Below are positions 17,114-27,055 of a stretch of 64,000 bases of DNA, one piece after another (the stretch's first letter is position 1; every line of letters starts with the position of its first letter). A program made the translations under genes and the position numbers. The stretch is from an uncultured Vicinamibacteraceae bacterium (GTDB taxonomy: Bacteria; Acidobacteriota; Vicinamibacteria; Vicinamibacterales; UBA8438), in the NCBI GenBank assembly GCA_964507425.1, contig CAZDQD010000118.1:9461-73460 (forward strand), given 5' to 3'. The notes beneath the pieces are model-generated. The model did not search any database. It had not been told where the DNA came from and saw nothing but the letters and a program-made list of their open reading frames with translations.

Positions 17114-17222
17114 GTTCGTAGTGACAAAGTAATGATGAGGTACATTTTATCCCGTAAAGTTTTCTTGAGGCATCGTCTTTGAACGTCTTTGGCCGCTGTA
17201 GTACCATCCCCAGCTGATCATT

Positions 17223-17786
17223 ATGGAACCTGTCCAAGCTACGCGTCTTCGCAAAGGTATGTTGGTCAAAATGAACGCGATACCTCATCGGGTTCTTGAC
17301 ATTAATCATGTGACTCCAGGCAAGGGCCGCGGATTTGTACAGGCAAAAATGCGCAATGTCCGTTCGGGTACGCTGCTGGATCATAAATTTGCCTCGGGCG
17401 ATTTTGTTGAGCGGGCAATGTTGGAATCGCACGAGATGCAGTATCTGTATGCCGATGGTGATGGCTATCATTTTATGGATACTGCAAGTTATGAGCAGGT
17501 GAGGCTTACGAGTGAGACTTTAGGGAATTCCGTAAACTATTTGTTGCCGGATTCTCTAATTACGGTGCAGCTAATTGAGGACGAACCAGTCGGTATTGAG
17601 CTTCCCCTTACTGTTGAGTTGGTAGTGACGGAGACGGCCCCGGCAATTAAGGGAGCCACGGCTAGTGCACAGCTCAAACCAGCGACGCTTGAAACTGGGT
17701 TAGTAGTGCAGGTGCCGCCTTTTGTTGCTGATGGCGACAAAATCAGAGTGAATACAGAGACTGGTGAGTATCAGTCTCGCGCTTGA
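17223..17786 (+). CDS. efp: Translation elongation factor P
   Basis: ATRLRKGMLVKMNAIPHRVLDINHVTPGKGRGFVQAKMRNVRSG with the conserved PGKG loop lysine. Length is 187 aa. Confidence 0.95.
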   Translation: MEPVQATRLRKGMLVKMNAIPHRVLDINHVTPGKGRGFVQAKMRNVRSGTLLDHKFASGDFVERAMLESHEMQYLYADGDGYHFMDTASYEQVRLTSETLGNSVNYLLPDSLITVQLIEDEPVGIELPLTVELVVTETAPAIKGATASAQLKPATLETGLVVQVPPFVADGDKIRVNTETGEYQSRA

Positions 17787-17817
17787 GTTCGGCTGCAGTG
17801 GGCAGATTCGCTACTTG

Positions 17818-18618
17818 CTAGTTGAGAACGCTCAGAAGCATTCCAAGGAGACCGTACCCGCTGGCGACGGGATCGCCGATCCAGACTGGCGGCGTCAGCC
17901 AGACAAAAGATAATATCGCGATCACCATCAAGTCGTATTGCCAGGTGGCACGATCGAAAGTCCAGAAGAGGGCGTGCCATACAACACGCAACGGAAGTAA
18001 AGAGACGCCAGGGGCTGTTGCGCTGCGGTCTTTCGCATCCGCCTGCAATTCTCGCCAAGTTAAGTAGATACGATCGAGCACTGTCAGGATTGAAAGTACG
18101 AGAATTACCCAGAGTACGCCGGCCATCCGATTTGTGAATGCTCCAATCATGAAGAGCACAATTCGTTCGGGACGTTCCATGAAACCGACTTTGCACTGCT
18201 GAATTTCTGACTCTGCTCGAGCACGCGTGTAACTCGTCATAATAGAGAAGGTGAGGGTTAGGGCCGTTATTAAGACGTAGTCTGGCCTGTTGAGGGTTGC
18301 GTACAGGTAGATTAGTCCGATAAGCAGGAATAGATCAGAGAACCGATCCATGACGGAATCCCAAAATCCACCAAACTTCGAACTTAGTTGAAGTTCGTCT
18401 GCCACCTTGCCATCGATAAAGTCAAAAATATTCGCTAGTAACATAATGAAACCAGCTGTCCAAAACTGGCCGAAGGCTAACTCCCAGCCGGCCCAGGCGT
18501 TGATGATTACACCGGTGAGTGTGAGCATGTTCGGGTGGATACGCAGCGAGACGCACACCCCAATAATTGCCCGGAGAGGAAACATGCACACTGAGCCGAC
18601 GGCGCCTGTAAATGTCAT
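17818..18618 (-). CDS. CDP-alcohol phosphatidyltransferase family membrane protein
   Basis: DFIDGKVADELQLSSKFGGFWDSVMDRFSD matches the D-x2-DG-x2-A-x...G-x3-D-x3-D signature, except that D replaces the usual R. Multiple TM helices are present. The start is uncertain (alternative M 11 codons in). Confidence 0.8.
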   Translation of the reverse strand: MTFTGAVGSVCMFPLRAIIGVCVSLRIHPNMLTLTGVIINAWAGWELAFGQFWTAGFIMLLANIFDFIDGKVADELQLSSKFGGFWDSVMDRFSDLFLLIGLIYLYATLNRPDYVLITALTLTFSIMTSYTRARAESEIQQCKVGFMERPERIVLFMIGAFTNRMAGVLWVILVLSILTVLDRIYLTWRELQADAKDRSATAPGVSLLPLRVVWHALFWTFDRATWQYDLMVIAILSFVWLTPPVWIGDPVASGYGLLGMLLSVLN

Positions 18619-18633
18619 TTATCCTTAAAGCTA

Positions 18634-20574
18634 ATGCCAATCCGAGATCTACGGGATCAGATCGGCCGTTTGCCAGAGCAGCCAGGAGTCTACCTGTACT
18701 TCAACACTGCTGGCGATACGATCTATGTCGGTAAAGCACGAATACTCAGAGACCGCGTACGTAGCTACCTCAGCGCCTACGGTGATAATGCGAAGACGAA
18801 CAAATTGCTCGATGAAATCGTCCGTCTTGAAATTATTGTTACAGACTCGGTTGTAGAGGCCTTGGCTCTCGAGAGCAATCTTATCAAACAGCGAGCACCA
18901 CGCTACAACATACTGCTGCGGGATGATAAGAACTATCCATATTTAAAGCTGACGACAAGTGAGGCGTTTCCGAGAGTTCTTGTCGATCGGCAAGTGGTAC
19001 GGGATGGAAATGTTTATGCGGGCCCATTTTTACCGTCAACCTTGGCGCGTAAGACGATGTTATTGGTTCATAGATTGTTTGGACTTCGCTCTTGTAATGA
19101 AGTCATTACGGGTCGTCGCGATCGGCCGTGTCTTGAGTACGACATCAATCGCTGTGTGGCACCATGTGTGTCAGAGATTTGTAGCAGCGAGCAATATGAC
19201 GATGCAGTTAGTCAGGCAAAACTGTTTCTTGAAGGAAGAACCGACGAAGTGATTGTGCAGTTGCGCCACCAGATGCGGTTGGCGTCTACTGAGGAACAGT
19301 ATGAGCGCGCGGCTCATTATCGGGATTTAATCCGCACAGTCGAGGCGTTGCGGTTGAAGCAGCAAAAGATGATGACTACTCAACTCGGAGATCATGACGC
19401 TTTCGGTATGAGCGCCGGACGAGACGGCGTAGTCATTCAGGTTTTCCAAGTTCGTCGAGGCAAGGTGGTTGAACGTGTCGAGCTTGCAGCTGACGATATC
19501 GGTGGGATGGGGTGTAGTGACGCGACTTTTATACAGATGGCTGTGCAACAATTTTATCTAGCAAGAGATATACCACCGAATATCCATATTCCGGTCGATA
19601 TTGACTCTGCCGATAGTGATGTATTGGAACGCTGGTTGGCGGGGCGAGCTGGACGGCGCGTGCGAATTTCTCGGCCTAAGCGCGGCGACAAGCGAGGACT
19701 TCTTGAGCTTGCGTCTCGAAACGCGATGCTTGCGTATACGTCTCGGTATAGCGAAGATACTTGTGTATCGCGTGAGGGCCTTGAAGTATTACGCCATCGG
19801 TTGCATTTGCCGAGTTTTCCGCATCGGATAGAGTGCTTCGATATTTCAACGATACAAGGGCGAGATACCGTCGGTTCTATGGTTGTCTGCATTGACGGTC
19901 GCATGCAGCGAAGCGAGTATCGAAAGTTTCGTGTTCGTGGTTTAGAGAGGAAAGGTCACGCTTCGCAGTTGAGGAAAAACGAGGAAAACGGCCATCGTCC
20001 TGTGGCTGTCTCGATTGTGGAGGAGCAAGGAGAACAGCCGGCTGATCGAGTTGGTGTCGAAGTTACTAATGATTTTGATTCAATGGAGGAAGTGGTATTA
20101 CGGCGTTATCGAAGGCTTCTCGAGGAAGGGGGACCATTCCCTGACCTTGTTGTAGTTGACGGCGGACGTGGACAGTTAACCATGGCATATCAGGCCTTCG
20201 CCCAATTGGGATTATCTAATCTTGTTGCTATTGGGATTGCGAAAAAGAAAGAAGAACTATTTGTTCGTGGTTCTTCGGAGCCAATACGACTCTCCGCTGA
20301 CAGTCCGGCGCTCCACATCATCCAACGAGCACGAGATGAAGCTCACCGGTTTGCGGTTACGTTTCACAGGCGGACGCGCTCGAAACGAGATTTTCGGTCA
20401 GAGCTTGATCTGATTCCTGGCATCGGATCGAGGAGGAAACGTGTTCTATTGGAACACTTTGGAAGTGTAACCAATATCCGGCGTGCGTCACGAGAAGAAC
20501 TCCTGCCAGTTGTTGGACCGAAAATATCAGATGCAGTTATTGCGCATTTCACAAAGCTTGCTGTTCAGAGCTAG
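18634..20574 (+). CDS. uvrC: Excinuclease ABC subunit C
   Basis: The GIY-YIG N-terminus is PGVYLYFNTAGDTIYVGKARILRDRVRSY...APRYNILLRDDKNYPYL. The central RNase H-like block is IECFDISTIQG and the C-terminal HhH is LIPGIGSRRKRVLLEHFGS. Confidence 0.95.
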   Translation: MPIRDLRDQIGRLPEQPGVYLYFNTAGDTIYVGKARILRDRVRSYLSAYGDNAKTNKLLDEIVRLEIIVTDSVVEALALESNLIKQRAPRYNILLRDDKNYPYLKLTTSEAFPRVLVDRQVVRDGNVYAGPFLPSTLARKTMLLVHRLFGLRSCNEVITGRRDRPCLEYDINRCVAPCVSEICSSEQYDDAVSQAKLFLEGRTDEVIVQLRHQMRLASTEEQYERAAHYRDLIRTVEALRLKQQKMMTTQLGDHDAFGMSAGRDGVVIQVFQVRRGKVVERVELAADDIGGMGCSDATFIQMAVQQFYLARDIPPNIHIPVDIDSADSDVLERWLAGRAGRRVRISRPKRGDKRGLLELASRNAMLAYTSRYSEDTCVSREGLEVLRHRLHLPSFPHRIECFDISTIQGRDTVGSMVVCIDGRMQRSEYRKFRVRGLERKGHASQLRKNEENGHRPVAVSIVEEQGEQPADRVGVEVTNDFDSMEEVVLRRYRRLLEEGGPFPDLVVVDGGRGQLTMAYQAFAQLGLSNLVAIGIAKKKEELFVRGSSEPIRLSADSPALHIIQRARDEAHRFAVTFHRRTRSKRDFRSELDLIPGIGSRRKRVLLEHFGSVTNIRRASREELLPVVGPKISDAVIAHFTKLAVQS

Positions 20575-20850
20575 TTATTTAGTGGCGCGATCGTCTACTT
20601 GCTAGCTCGTTAATTACTGCCGTATTCTGTTGCTGTTTGGCTTGGGATAGGGAATGGCCGTTTGTCGTTGCTGCCGTACTCGTCTCGCTGTTAGGTTAAG
20701 CACCCTTAGTTGTTGCGGGTGTCGCGCGAACCGTTTTCGGTCACGCTCGATAGATGCAGGAAATCGTGGTTTGTGTGCTCGTGGTTATGTTGCGGTAACC
20801 GTAAGAGTTGTGTTGTTCTACCCTGTTTATCGTAAGAGGATGTGATTAGG

Positions 20851-21843
20851 ATGAAGCGACGTGTAGTGTCCGGTATGCGGCCGACGGGCCAGTTACACCT
20901 CGGCCATCTTGTCGGGGCGCTTGGCAAATGGGTCGAGCTTCAGGCGAAATATGACTGTATGTATTTTGTTGCTGATTGGCATGCATTGACGAGTGAATAT
21001 GCTGACACCTCACAATTGGAGGGCTATGCCTACGACAACGTTGCCGATTGGATTGCTGCCGGCATTGACCCTGATCAGACGACCTTGTTTGTGCAGTCCC
21101 TAGTACCGGAACATGCGGAACTGTACCTTCTCTTGCAAATGGTGGTTCCAATACCGTGGCTTGAAAGAGTACCTACCTATAAAGAGCAAATAGAGCAGTT
21201 AGCGGAACGCGACTTGTCATCGATTGGATTTCTCGGCTATCCCTTATTACAGGGTGCCGATGTCGCAATTTACGGAGCTGATTACGTTCCCGTCGGCGAT
21301 GATCAGGTGCCTCATCTTGAATTAACACGAGAGGTTATACGTCGGTTCCATCAATTTTTTGGGGAATTGTTTCCGGAACCGCAACCATTGTTAACTAGCA
21401 TGCCGCGTCTGCCGGGTTTAGATAACCGAAAGATGTCAAAGAGTTACGGCAATACGATCGACTTGGCTGACGATGACGAGACTGTTCGGAAGAAAGTGAT
21501 GAGAATGTACACAGATCCCAAACGTGTGCGTGCTGACATTCCTGGCACAGTCGAAGGCAACCCGGTGTTTATTTACCACGATATTTTCAATTCTGATACG
21601 TCTCAAGTTGATGAGTTTAAGGAGCGGTATCGTGCCGGCACCGTCGGTGACGTGGAGGTTAAGGAGGCGCTGGCAAAGGCCATCAACCATCGTCTTGAGC
21701 CTATACGAGAGCGCCGTGCGGAGTTAGTTGGCGATTCTAAGCGTATTCGAGAGATTCTCCTAGACGGATCGGCGAAGGCTAGAATGTGTGCCCAAGAGAC
21801 AATGGTGCGGGTACGCGAGGCGGTAGGGGTTAGATACGCATGA
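20851..21843 (+). CDS. trpS: Tryptophan--tRNA ligase
   Basis: VSGMRPTGQLHLGHLVG (HIGH-type motif) and KMSKS. ATG at 20851 lies about 10 nt after TAAGAGGA. Confidence 0.95.
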   Translation: MKRRVVSGMRPTGQLHLGHLVGALGKWVELQAKYDCMYFVADWHALTSEYADTSQLEGYAYDNVADWIAAGIDPDQTTLFVQSLVPEHAELYLLLQMVVPIPWLERVPTYKEQIEQLAERDLSSIGFLGYPLLQGADVAIYGADYVPVGDDQVPHLELTREVIRRFHQFFGELFPEPQPLLTSMPRLPGLDNRKMSKSYGNTIDLADDDETVRKKVMRMYTDPKRVRADIPGTVEGNPVFIYHDIFNSDTSQVDEFKERYRAGTVGDVEVKEALAKAINHRLEPIRERRAELVGDSKRIREILLDGSAKARMCAQETMVRVREAVGVRYA

Positions 21844-22733
21844 GTGCGAAGAGACCAGACGATTCGTCTGTCGACGGAAATGTTGAAACGGCCGGCGAGA
21901 GCCGCATAGAAATACCAGAAAATTTTGATTCGCTTTTGCCGGATTACCCCGTTAAAGTCGGAAATTTTGAAGGCCCTCTTGACTTGTTGATACACCTGAT
22001 AAAAAAGAATCAGGTCGACATCTACGACATACCGATTCTAACTATCACGCAGCAGTACTTGGAATATCTTGAGGTAATGCAAGAACTTAATCTTGATGTT
22101 GCAGGAGAATTTCTCGTAATGGCTGCGACATTGATTCAAATCAAATCCCGGACTCTTGTGCCAAGGCTAGAGGCTGAGGCTAGTTCGGAGGAGGACATCG
22201 ATCCGCGCGATGAACTTGTTCGTCGTCTCGTAGACCACCAGCGGTTTAAGGCTGCTGCCGAGCTTCTGCATGAGCGCGAAACGGTTAGGAGTGCGCAGTG
22301 GACGCGACCAGATGGACGAGTGGGAGATATCGCAGAGCAGCCGTTTGAACGGGAACTAGAGGTTGATCTTTTTAGTTTGCTTCAGGCGTTTCAGGCGGTT
22401 CTCTCACGAACACGTGACAGACCGTCCATAAGTTTGCCTGAGGAAACCGTATCAATAGAAACAAGGATTGAACAGTTACTTACACGTTTGGAGACTGTAG
22501 AGGCGTGCGGATTTGATGAGCTTTTTACTGACGCATCGTCAAGGCGGGAGCTAATCACCACCTTTCTTGCCGTTCTTGAGATGATCCGTTTAAAGCTAAT
22601 TCGCGTCTTTCAGCAAGGTGCATGTGGTCCCATACGGGTCTATGTACGTTCTGATTCGTCGACCGAGCGACGTTCCTTAGCTGACCGGAGTGCTAATGAG
22701 CTCCCGCACAACACTAGTGGTGAGAAGAGGTAG
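21840..22733 (+). CDS. scpA: Segregation and condensation protein A (kleisin)
   Basis: FEGPLDLLIHLIKKNQVDIYDIPILTITQQYLEYL is the hallmark ScpA N-terminus. ATGA overlap with the trpS stop. Confidence 0.9.
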   Translation: MSAKRPDDSSVDGNVETAGESRIEIPENFDSLLPDYPVKVGNFEGPLDLLIHLIKKNQVDIYDIPILTITQQYLEYLEVMQELNLDVAGEFLVMAATLIQIKSRTLVPRLEAEASSEEDIDPRDELVRRLVDHQRFKAAAELLHERETVRSAQWTRPDGRVGDIAEQPFERELEVDLFSLLQAFQAVLSRTRDRPSISLPEETVSIETRIEQLLTRLETVEACGFDELFTDASSRRELITTFLAVLEMIRLKLIRVFQQGACGPIRVYVRSDSSTERRSLADRSANELPHNTSGEKR

Positions 22734-23393
22734 TTGGCCGTGGCTGAATCAGATGAACTCGGCGATCTTAGGGCGATTATTGAATCATTGGTTTTTGCTT
22801 CTCCAGACCCAGTTACTTTTAAGATGTTGGTAAAAATACTTGATGGTGAACCGGAAGAGCACATTGAGGAGGCCTTGAGAGATCTTTGTCAGTTGTGGAA
22901 GGAGCGGGCAGGTGGCCTCCAGCTTGTGGAAGTTGCTGGTGGGTATCAGATCGTGACTAAGCCCGAACTGCACGAGTGGGTACGACGTCTTTTTCATGAG
23001 CATTCGAAACAACGACTTTCAGTGCAGGCGCTGGAGACGTTGGCGGTTGTCGCCTATCGGCAACCTGTTACGGGGCCGGAGATTACGGAAATACGCGGTG
23101 TGAACACCTCTGGTGTGCTTGGAACGTTGGTTGAAAGACGCTTGATCAAGGTTGTAGGGCGGAAGGCCGTTGTGGGACGCCCATTTCTGTATGCCACGAC
23201 ACGTGAATTTCTTGATCGTTTTGGCTTGAAAGACCTCTCTGATCTGCCAAAGGTTGAAGACATGGCAGAGGCCCTCGGTATGGATGTTCCAGTACCACTC
23301 GATGGGGCATACACGACTGAGGAAATACTTCCGTTTGATAGCAACGTGGAGACGAAGGTCTCTTCTAGTGGCGCGCCGGACAAAGTGCATTAG
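22734..23393 (+). CDS. scpB: Segregation and condensation protein B
   Basis: LRAIIESLVFASPDPVTFKML and ALETLAVVAYRQPVTGPEITEIRGV are typical ScpB winged-helix blocks. It lies directly after scpA. Confidence 0.9.
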   Translation: MAVAESDELGDLRAIIESLVFASPDPVTFKMLVKILDGEPEEHIEEALRDLCQLWKERAGGLQLVEVAGGYQIVTKPELHEWVRRLFHEHSKQRLSVQALETLAVVAYRQPVTGPEITEIRGVNTSGVLGTLVERRLIKVVGRKAVVGRPFLYATTREFLDRFGLKDLSDLPKVEDMAEALGMDVPVPLDGAYTTEEILPFDSNVETKVSSSGAPDKVH

Positions 23394-23423
23394 GCGTAGG
23401 GATGCCAGTGTTCCAGGAGATCG

Positions 23424-24224
23424 ATGTCAGACGGAAAAGCTAATCGTACCGATGGTGTCCGGTTACAAAAAATTCTATCCGTGGCCGGGATTGCCTCGCG
23501 TCGCGCGTCGGAGCGGTTGATTGCTGACGGCCGGGTGACAGTTAATGGGCAACCAGCGCGTCGACTTGGTACGTGTGCGGATCCGGTGGTCGATGACATC
23601 CGTGTTGATGGCCGGCGTGTAGGCATCGCTCGTCAGCGTCGGTATGTGATCGTCCATAAACCACGTGGTTACGTTACGACCAGAGTGGATCCTCAGCACC
23701 GGCGTACCGTAATGGACCTAGTTCCCAGAGTCCGTGACTACATTTATCCGGTTGGGCGTCTCGACTATGACTCTGAGGGGCTATTGTTGTTGACTAACGA
23801 CGGAGAGCTTGCGGCACGCTTGACGCATCCTAAGCATGGCGTTCCAAGAGTTTACGAGGCTACGGTACTGGGCATTCCGACATCGCTACAACTTCGTCGA
23901 CTTGCGCGTGGTGTCAACATTAAAGGGAGACGAACTTTAAATGCGGACGTTCGTTTGTTGTCGGGTAGGAGATTGCGTCAAGGCAACTATGCTCGTGTTC
24001 AGATGGTGCTTCGCGAAGGTAGGAACCGTCAGGTCCGTCAAATGTTTGAGACAATCGGTCACCCGGTTGTCAGGTTGCGACGCACAGCACTTGGGCCGCT
24101 CCGATTAAGAGGTCTTAAGCTGGGTGCGGCACGGAACCTCGTGCGTGAGGAACTTGAGGCGTTACGTCGAGCAGCGACACTTCAGCCCGATGGCGGAGTG
24201 CGGGATCGCAACAATACGAGATGA
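23424..24224 (+). CDS. rluB: RluB/RsuA-family 23S/16S rRNA pseudouridine synthase with an S4 domain
   Basis: The S4 block is RLQKILSVAGIASRRASERLIADGRVTVNG. The catalytic block is GRLDYDSEGLLLLTNDGELA. Confidence 0.85.
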   Translation: MSDGKANRTDGVRLQKILSVAGIASRRASERLIADGRVTVNGQPARRLGTCADPVVDDIRVDGRRVGIARQRRYVIVHKPRGYVTTRVDPQHRRTVMDLVPRVRDYIYPVGRLDYDSEGLLLLTNDGELAARLTHPKHGVPRVYEATVLGIPTSLQLRRLARGVNIKGRRTLNADVRLLSGRRLRQGNYARVQMVLREGRNRQVRQMFETIGHPVVRLRRTALGPLRLRGLKLGAARNLVREELEALRRAATLQPDGGVRDRNNTR

Positions 24225-24889
24225 GCAACTCATACGTTATTGCTATCGATGGGCCGTCTGGTGCTGGCAAGGGTACTGTTGCGCGGGCATTAGCGGAAGC
24301 GCTTAGTTGCCGGCACGTAGATACGGGAGCAATGTACCGAGCTGTTGCGTGGAAGGTTATGCGAGAAGGGTGCGAACTTAGCGATGAGGCGAAGATTGTG
24401 GCGATTGCAGCTGGCGCGCAGGTCACCTTGGATGGCGGAAAAATAGTAGTGGACGGTAGCGATGTAACGAATCAGATTCGAACGTCAGAGATTGACGTAG
24501 CTGCTGCATCTGTGGCTCGTATTCCGGGTGTTCGCTCTATCCTTGTTGACTACCAACGGCAACTGGCGGCAGAAGGGCTTGTTGTGATGGAGGGAAGAGA
24601 TATTGGGACGACTGTTTTTCCAGACGCGGCCGTAAAAATCTATCTTGACGCGTCACCGGAGGAGCGTGCAGCTAGGCGTGCGAAGGATCCAGCGCACAAG
24701 TTTTCAAGAAACGTTGGCGTGGGAGATGTGGAGAGTGCTCTTCGAGCGAGAGATCAACAGGACTTGACCCGTTTGACATCGCCCCTGAAAAGAGCGCCAG
24801 ATGCGGTGTTTGTTGATACGACGGGGCTGCCAATCGACCGTGTGGTATCAAGGGTCGTCAAAATAGTTCGGAAGACGCTAATGACGTAG
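24221..24889 (+). CDS. cmk: Cytidylate kinase
   Basis: IAIDGPSGAGKGTVARALA P-loop and GRDIGTTVFPDA. ATGA overlap with the upstream gene. Confidence 0.9.
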   Translation: MSNSYVIAIDGPSGAGKGTVARALAEALSCRHVDTGAMYRAVAWKVMREGCELSDEAKIVAIAAGAQVTLDGGKIVVDGSDVTNQIRTSEIDVAAASVARIPGVRSILVDYQRQLAAEGLVVMEGRDIGTTVFPDAAVKIYLDASPEERAARRAKDPAHKFSRNVGVGDVESALRARDQQDLTRLTSPLKRAPDAVFVDTTGLPIDRVVSRVVKIVRKTLMT

Positions 24890-24930
24890 ATTTTATGAGA
24901 TTTGGAGAAAAGTATTTCTCAATGCGGTAA

Positions 24931-24950
24931 GTTTGGGCCCATGCCCAAAC
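24931..24950 (+). terminator. Hairpin after cmk
   Basis: GTTTGGGC-ccat-GCCCAAAC is a perfect 8-bp stem. A T-rich tract (TTTCTCCTTTTT) begins a few nt downstream rather than immediately. Confidence 0.45.
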
Positions 24951-25078
24951 CCGAGGTTTCTCCTTTTTGCTGAGAGACTCCTCTTTGCCCACGTACCACC
25001 GTTTTGTTTATCTGACAAAAGAGCTTTTTTAAGACTTGTCGTTGGTATTGGCGAGCACCAAGTCTAGCCGCTGGCAAG

Positions 25079-25108
25079 TTGACGACACTCAGATAAGCAT
25101 CATATAGT
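25079..25108 (+). promoter_or_regulatory. Candidate sigma70-type promoter for rpsA
   Basis: TTGACG (25079..25084), then 18 nt, then TATAGT (25103..25108). It would give a 5' UTR of roughly 115 nt. Confidence 0.4.
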
Positions 25109-25228
25109 CTTCTACTTACCGAAAATCTTAGGGTGGTCGAGTTGTCGTCTTATATCGGCAATCCTCGGTTCGACTGCCTTCTAAAGACGATGGCAAGAAT
25201 ACGATAGCTCCAGGAGGAAGTGCGAAGA

Positions 25229-27010
25229 ATGACACAGGATGAGGGTGCCAAGGTAGAGGTCGGCGCAGTATCGACGGAGGAAGCTGACGTGCCAGAGGCT
25301 GCCCCGAACGGTTTGGGGGAAATGGGGTTCGATGACGATCACATGGACCCGGAAGAGTACGCGCGTCTTCAGGAAATGTATGCCGGGAGCTTTAAGAATA
25401 TCGCTGAGGGCGAAGTCATAAAGGGAACAGTGTTACAAGTTTCCGATTCTGAAGTCATTGTTGACGTCGGCTATAAGTCTGAGGGAATTATTTCGCTTTC
25501 TGAGTTTTATGATGAAAATGGGGAAGCGCCCATCGTACCAGGAGACCTCGTAGACGTACTGCTAGAGCGGACTGAGGACCGGGAAGGCCATATCGTGCTC
25601 TCGCGCGAGAAGGCCGAGAAAATGAAAATCTGGGACGAAGTCGAAAAAGCCTATAACGATCAGAAGGTCGTAATCGGACGTGTAATAGAGCGAATTAAAG
25701 GTGGCCTTGCTGTTGATATTGGTGTTCGGGCTTTTCTCCCGGGTTCTCAGATAGACGTTCGTCCTGTTCGGAATCTTGATTCGTTACGAGGGCAGGAACT
25801 TCGTATGCGGGTTATCAAGGTGAATAAGAAGCGTGGCAACATCGTGTTGTCGCGGAAGGTTCTCATTGAAGAGGAAAATGCTGAGAAGAAGAAAGATACG
25901 CTCGCAAATCTTTCTGAGGGGCAGGTGATGCAGGGCGTAGTCAAGAACATCACGGACTACGGTGCGTTTATCGATCTAGGGGGCATCGATGGTTTGCTGC
26001 ACGTTACTGACATGACGTGGGGACGTGCGCAACACCCATCCGAGTTGTTCAAAGTGAATGACGAGGTTGATGTGGTAGTTCTGAAATACGATGCAGCTAG
26101 TGAGCGAGTTTCGCTCGGTTATAAACAGCTGCATGCAGATCCTTGGGAAGCGGCTGCTGACCGGTATCCTGTTGGGCAGCGTTTGTCTGGCAAGGTCGTC
26201 AGCGTTACGGATTATGGAGCCTTCGTTGAGCTTGAACCTGGTGTTGAGGGGCTGATCCATGTTTCAGAAATGTCGTGGAGTAAGCGAGTTAAACATCCAT
26301 CGAAAATAATGAATGTGGGTGACTCGGTTGACTCAATGGTTTTGGGAGTCGATACGGAGACCCGCAGGATCTCACTTGGTCTCAAACAGATTGAAAGCAA
26401 TCCATGGCAGGAACTTAGCGAAAAGTATCCGGTTGGGACAAAAATCAAGGGCGCCGTTAGAAATCTTACTGAATTTGGTGCGTTTGTTGAGGTCGAAGAA
26501 GGAATCGACGGCTTGATACATATTTCCGATATGTCTTGGAGCAAGCGATTAAAACATCCGTCTGAGTTACTGCAAAAAGGCGACGAAGTTGAAGCGATGG
26601 TGTTAAACATTGAACCTGAAAATCAACGGCTGTCGCTTGGTCTTAAACAATTAGCTACAGATGTCTGGGACGATTTCTTTGCCAACACTAAGGTTGGTGA
26701 TGTGACGGAGGGCAAGATCGTCCGGATTACCAATTTCGGCGCCTTTGTGGAGCTAGCTGAGGGCATTGAAGGTTTGATTCATGTCTCTGAATTCGAGGAC
26801 CAGAGCTCTGAGGATGCGGCTCCGAAGGTGGACGAGACAGTTAAGATGCGAATTATTAAATTGAGCCCGGAAGATAGAAAGATTGGGCTAAGTATTCGTG
26901 CGCTTAGCAACGAAGATTTTGAGACGGACTGGCAAAGTTATTCTACTAGTGATTCGCCGGAAGTGACCCTCGGAGATCATTTTAAACAGCAGACGTCGTC
27001 TGACGAGTAG
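25229..27010 (+). CDS. rpsA: 30S ribosomal protein S1
   Basis: Repeated S1 domains are recognisable by G.V..V.DYGAFV/FGAFVEL..G..GLIH.SE blocks (VTDYGAFIDLGGIDGLLHVTDM, VTDYGAFVELEPGVEGLIHVSEM, LTEFGAFVEVEEGIDGLIHISDM, ITNFGAFVELAEGIEGLIHVSEF). ATG at 25229 is 10 nt after AGGAGGA. Confidence 0.95.
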   Translation: MTQDEGAKVEVGAVSTEEADVPEAAPNGLGEMGFDDDHMDPEEYARLQEMYAGSFKNIAEGEVIKGTVLQVSDSEVIVDVGYKSEGIISLSEFYDENGEAPIVPGDLVDVLLERTEDREGHIVLSREKAEKMKIWDEVEKAYNDQKVVIGRVIERIKGGLAVDIGVRAFLPGSQIDVRPVRNLDSLRGQELRMRVIKVNKKRGNIVLSRKVLIEEENAEKKKDTLANLSEGQVMQGVVKNITDYGAFIDLGGIDGLLHVTDMTWGRAQHPSELFKVNDEVDVVVLKYDAASERVSLGYKQLHADPWEAAADRYPVGQRLSGKVVSVTDYGAFVELEPGVEGLIHVSEMSWSKRVKHPSKIMNVGDSVDSMVLGVDTETRRISLGLKQIESNPWQELSEKYPVGTKIKGAVRNLTEFGAFVEVEEGIDGLIHISDMSWSKRLKHPSELLQKGDEVEAMVLNIEPENQRLSLGLKQLATDVWDDFFANTKVGDVTEGKIVRITNFGAFVELAEGIEGLIHVSEFEDQSSEDAAPKVDETVKMRIIKLSPEDRKIGLSIRALSNEDFETDWQSYSTSDSPEVTLGDHFKQQTSSDE

Positions 27011-27055
27011 AATCACTACGAGTTGTTGTAAGGGGGAGTCGTGGCAGGACTTAGC

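Noticed and set aside
20654-20845. The Cys-rich 63-aa ORF (CRCC...CCGC) as a RiPP precursor or metallothionein-like peptide.
   Set aside because: Poor RBS spacing, no modification enzymes nearby, and the composition follows from the GT-rich DNA. It is kept only as a low-interest leader/uORF observation.
20575-20850. T-box riboswitch or Trp-codon attenuator in front of trpS.
   Set aside because: I found no specifier-loop/T-box sequence (the nearest is tgcGGTAACCGtaag, which does not match the GGUGGUACCGCG core). I also found no leader peptide with tandem TGG codons.
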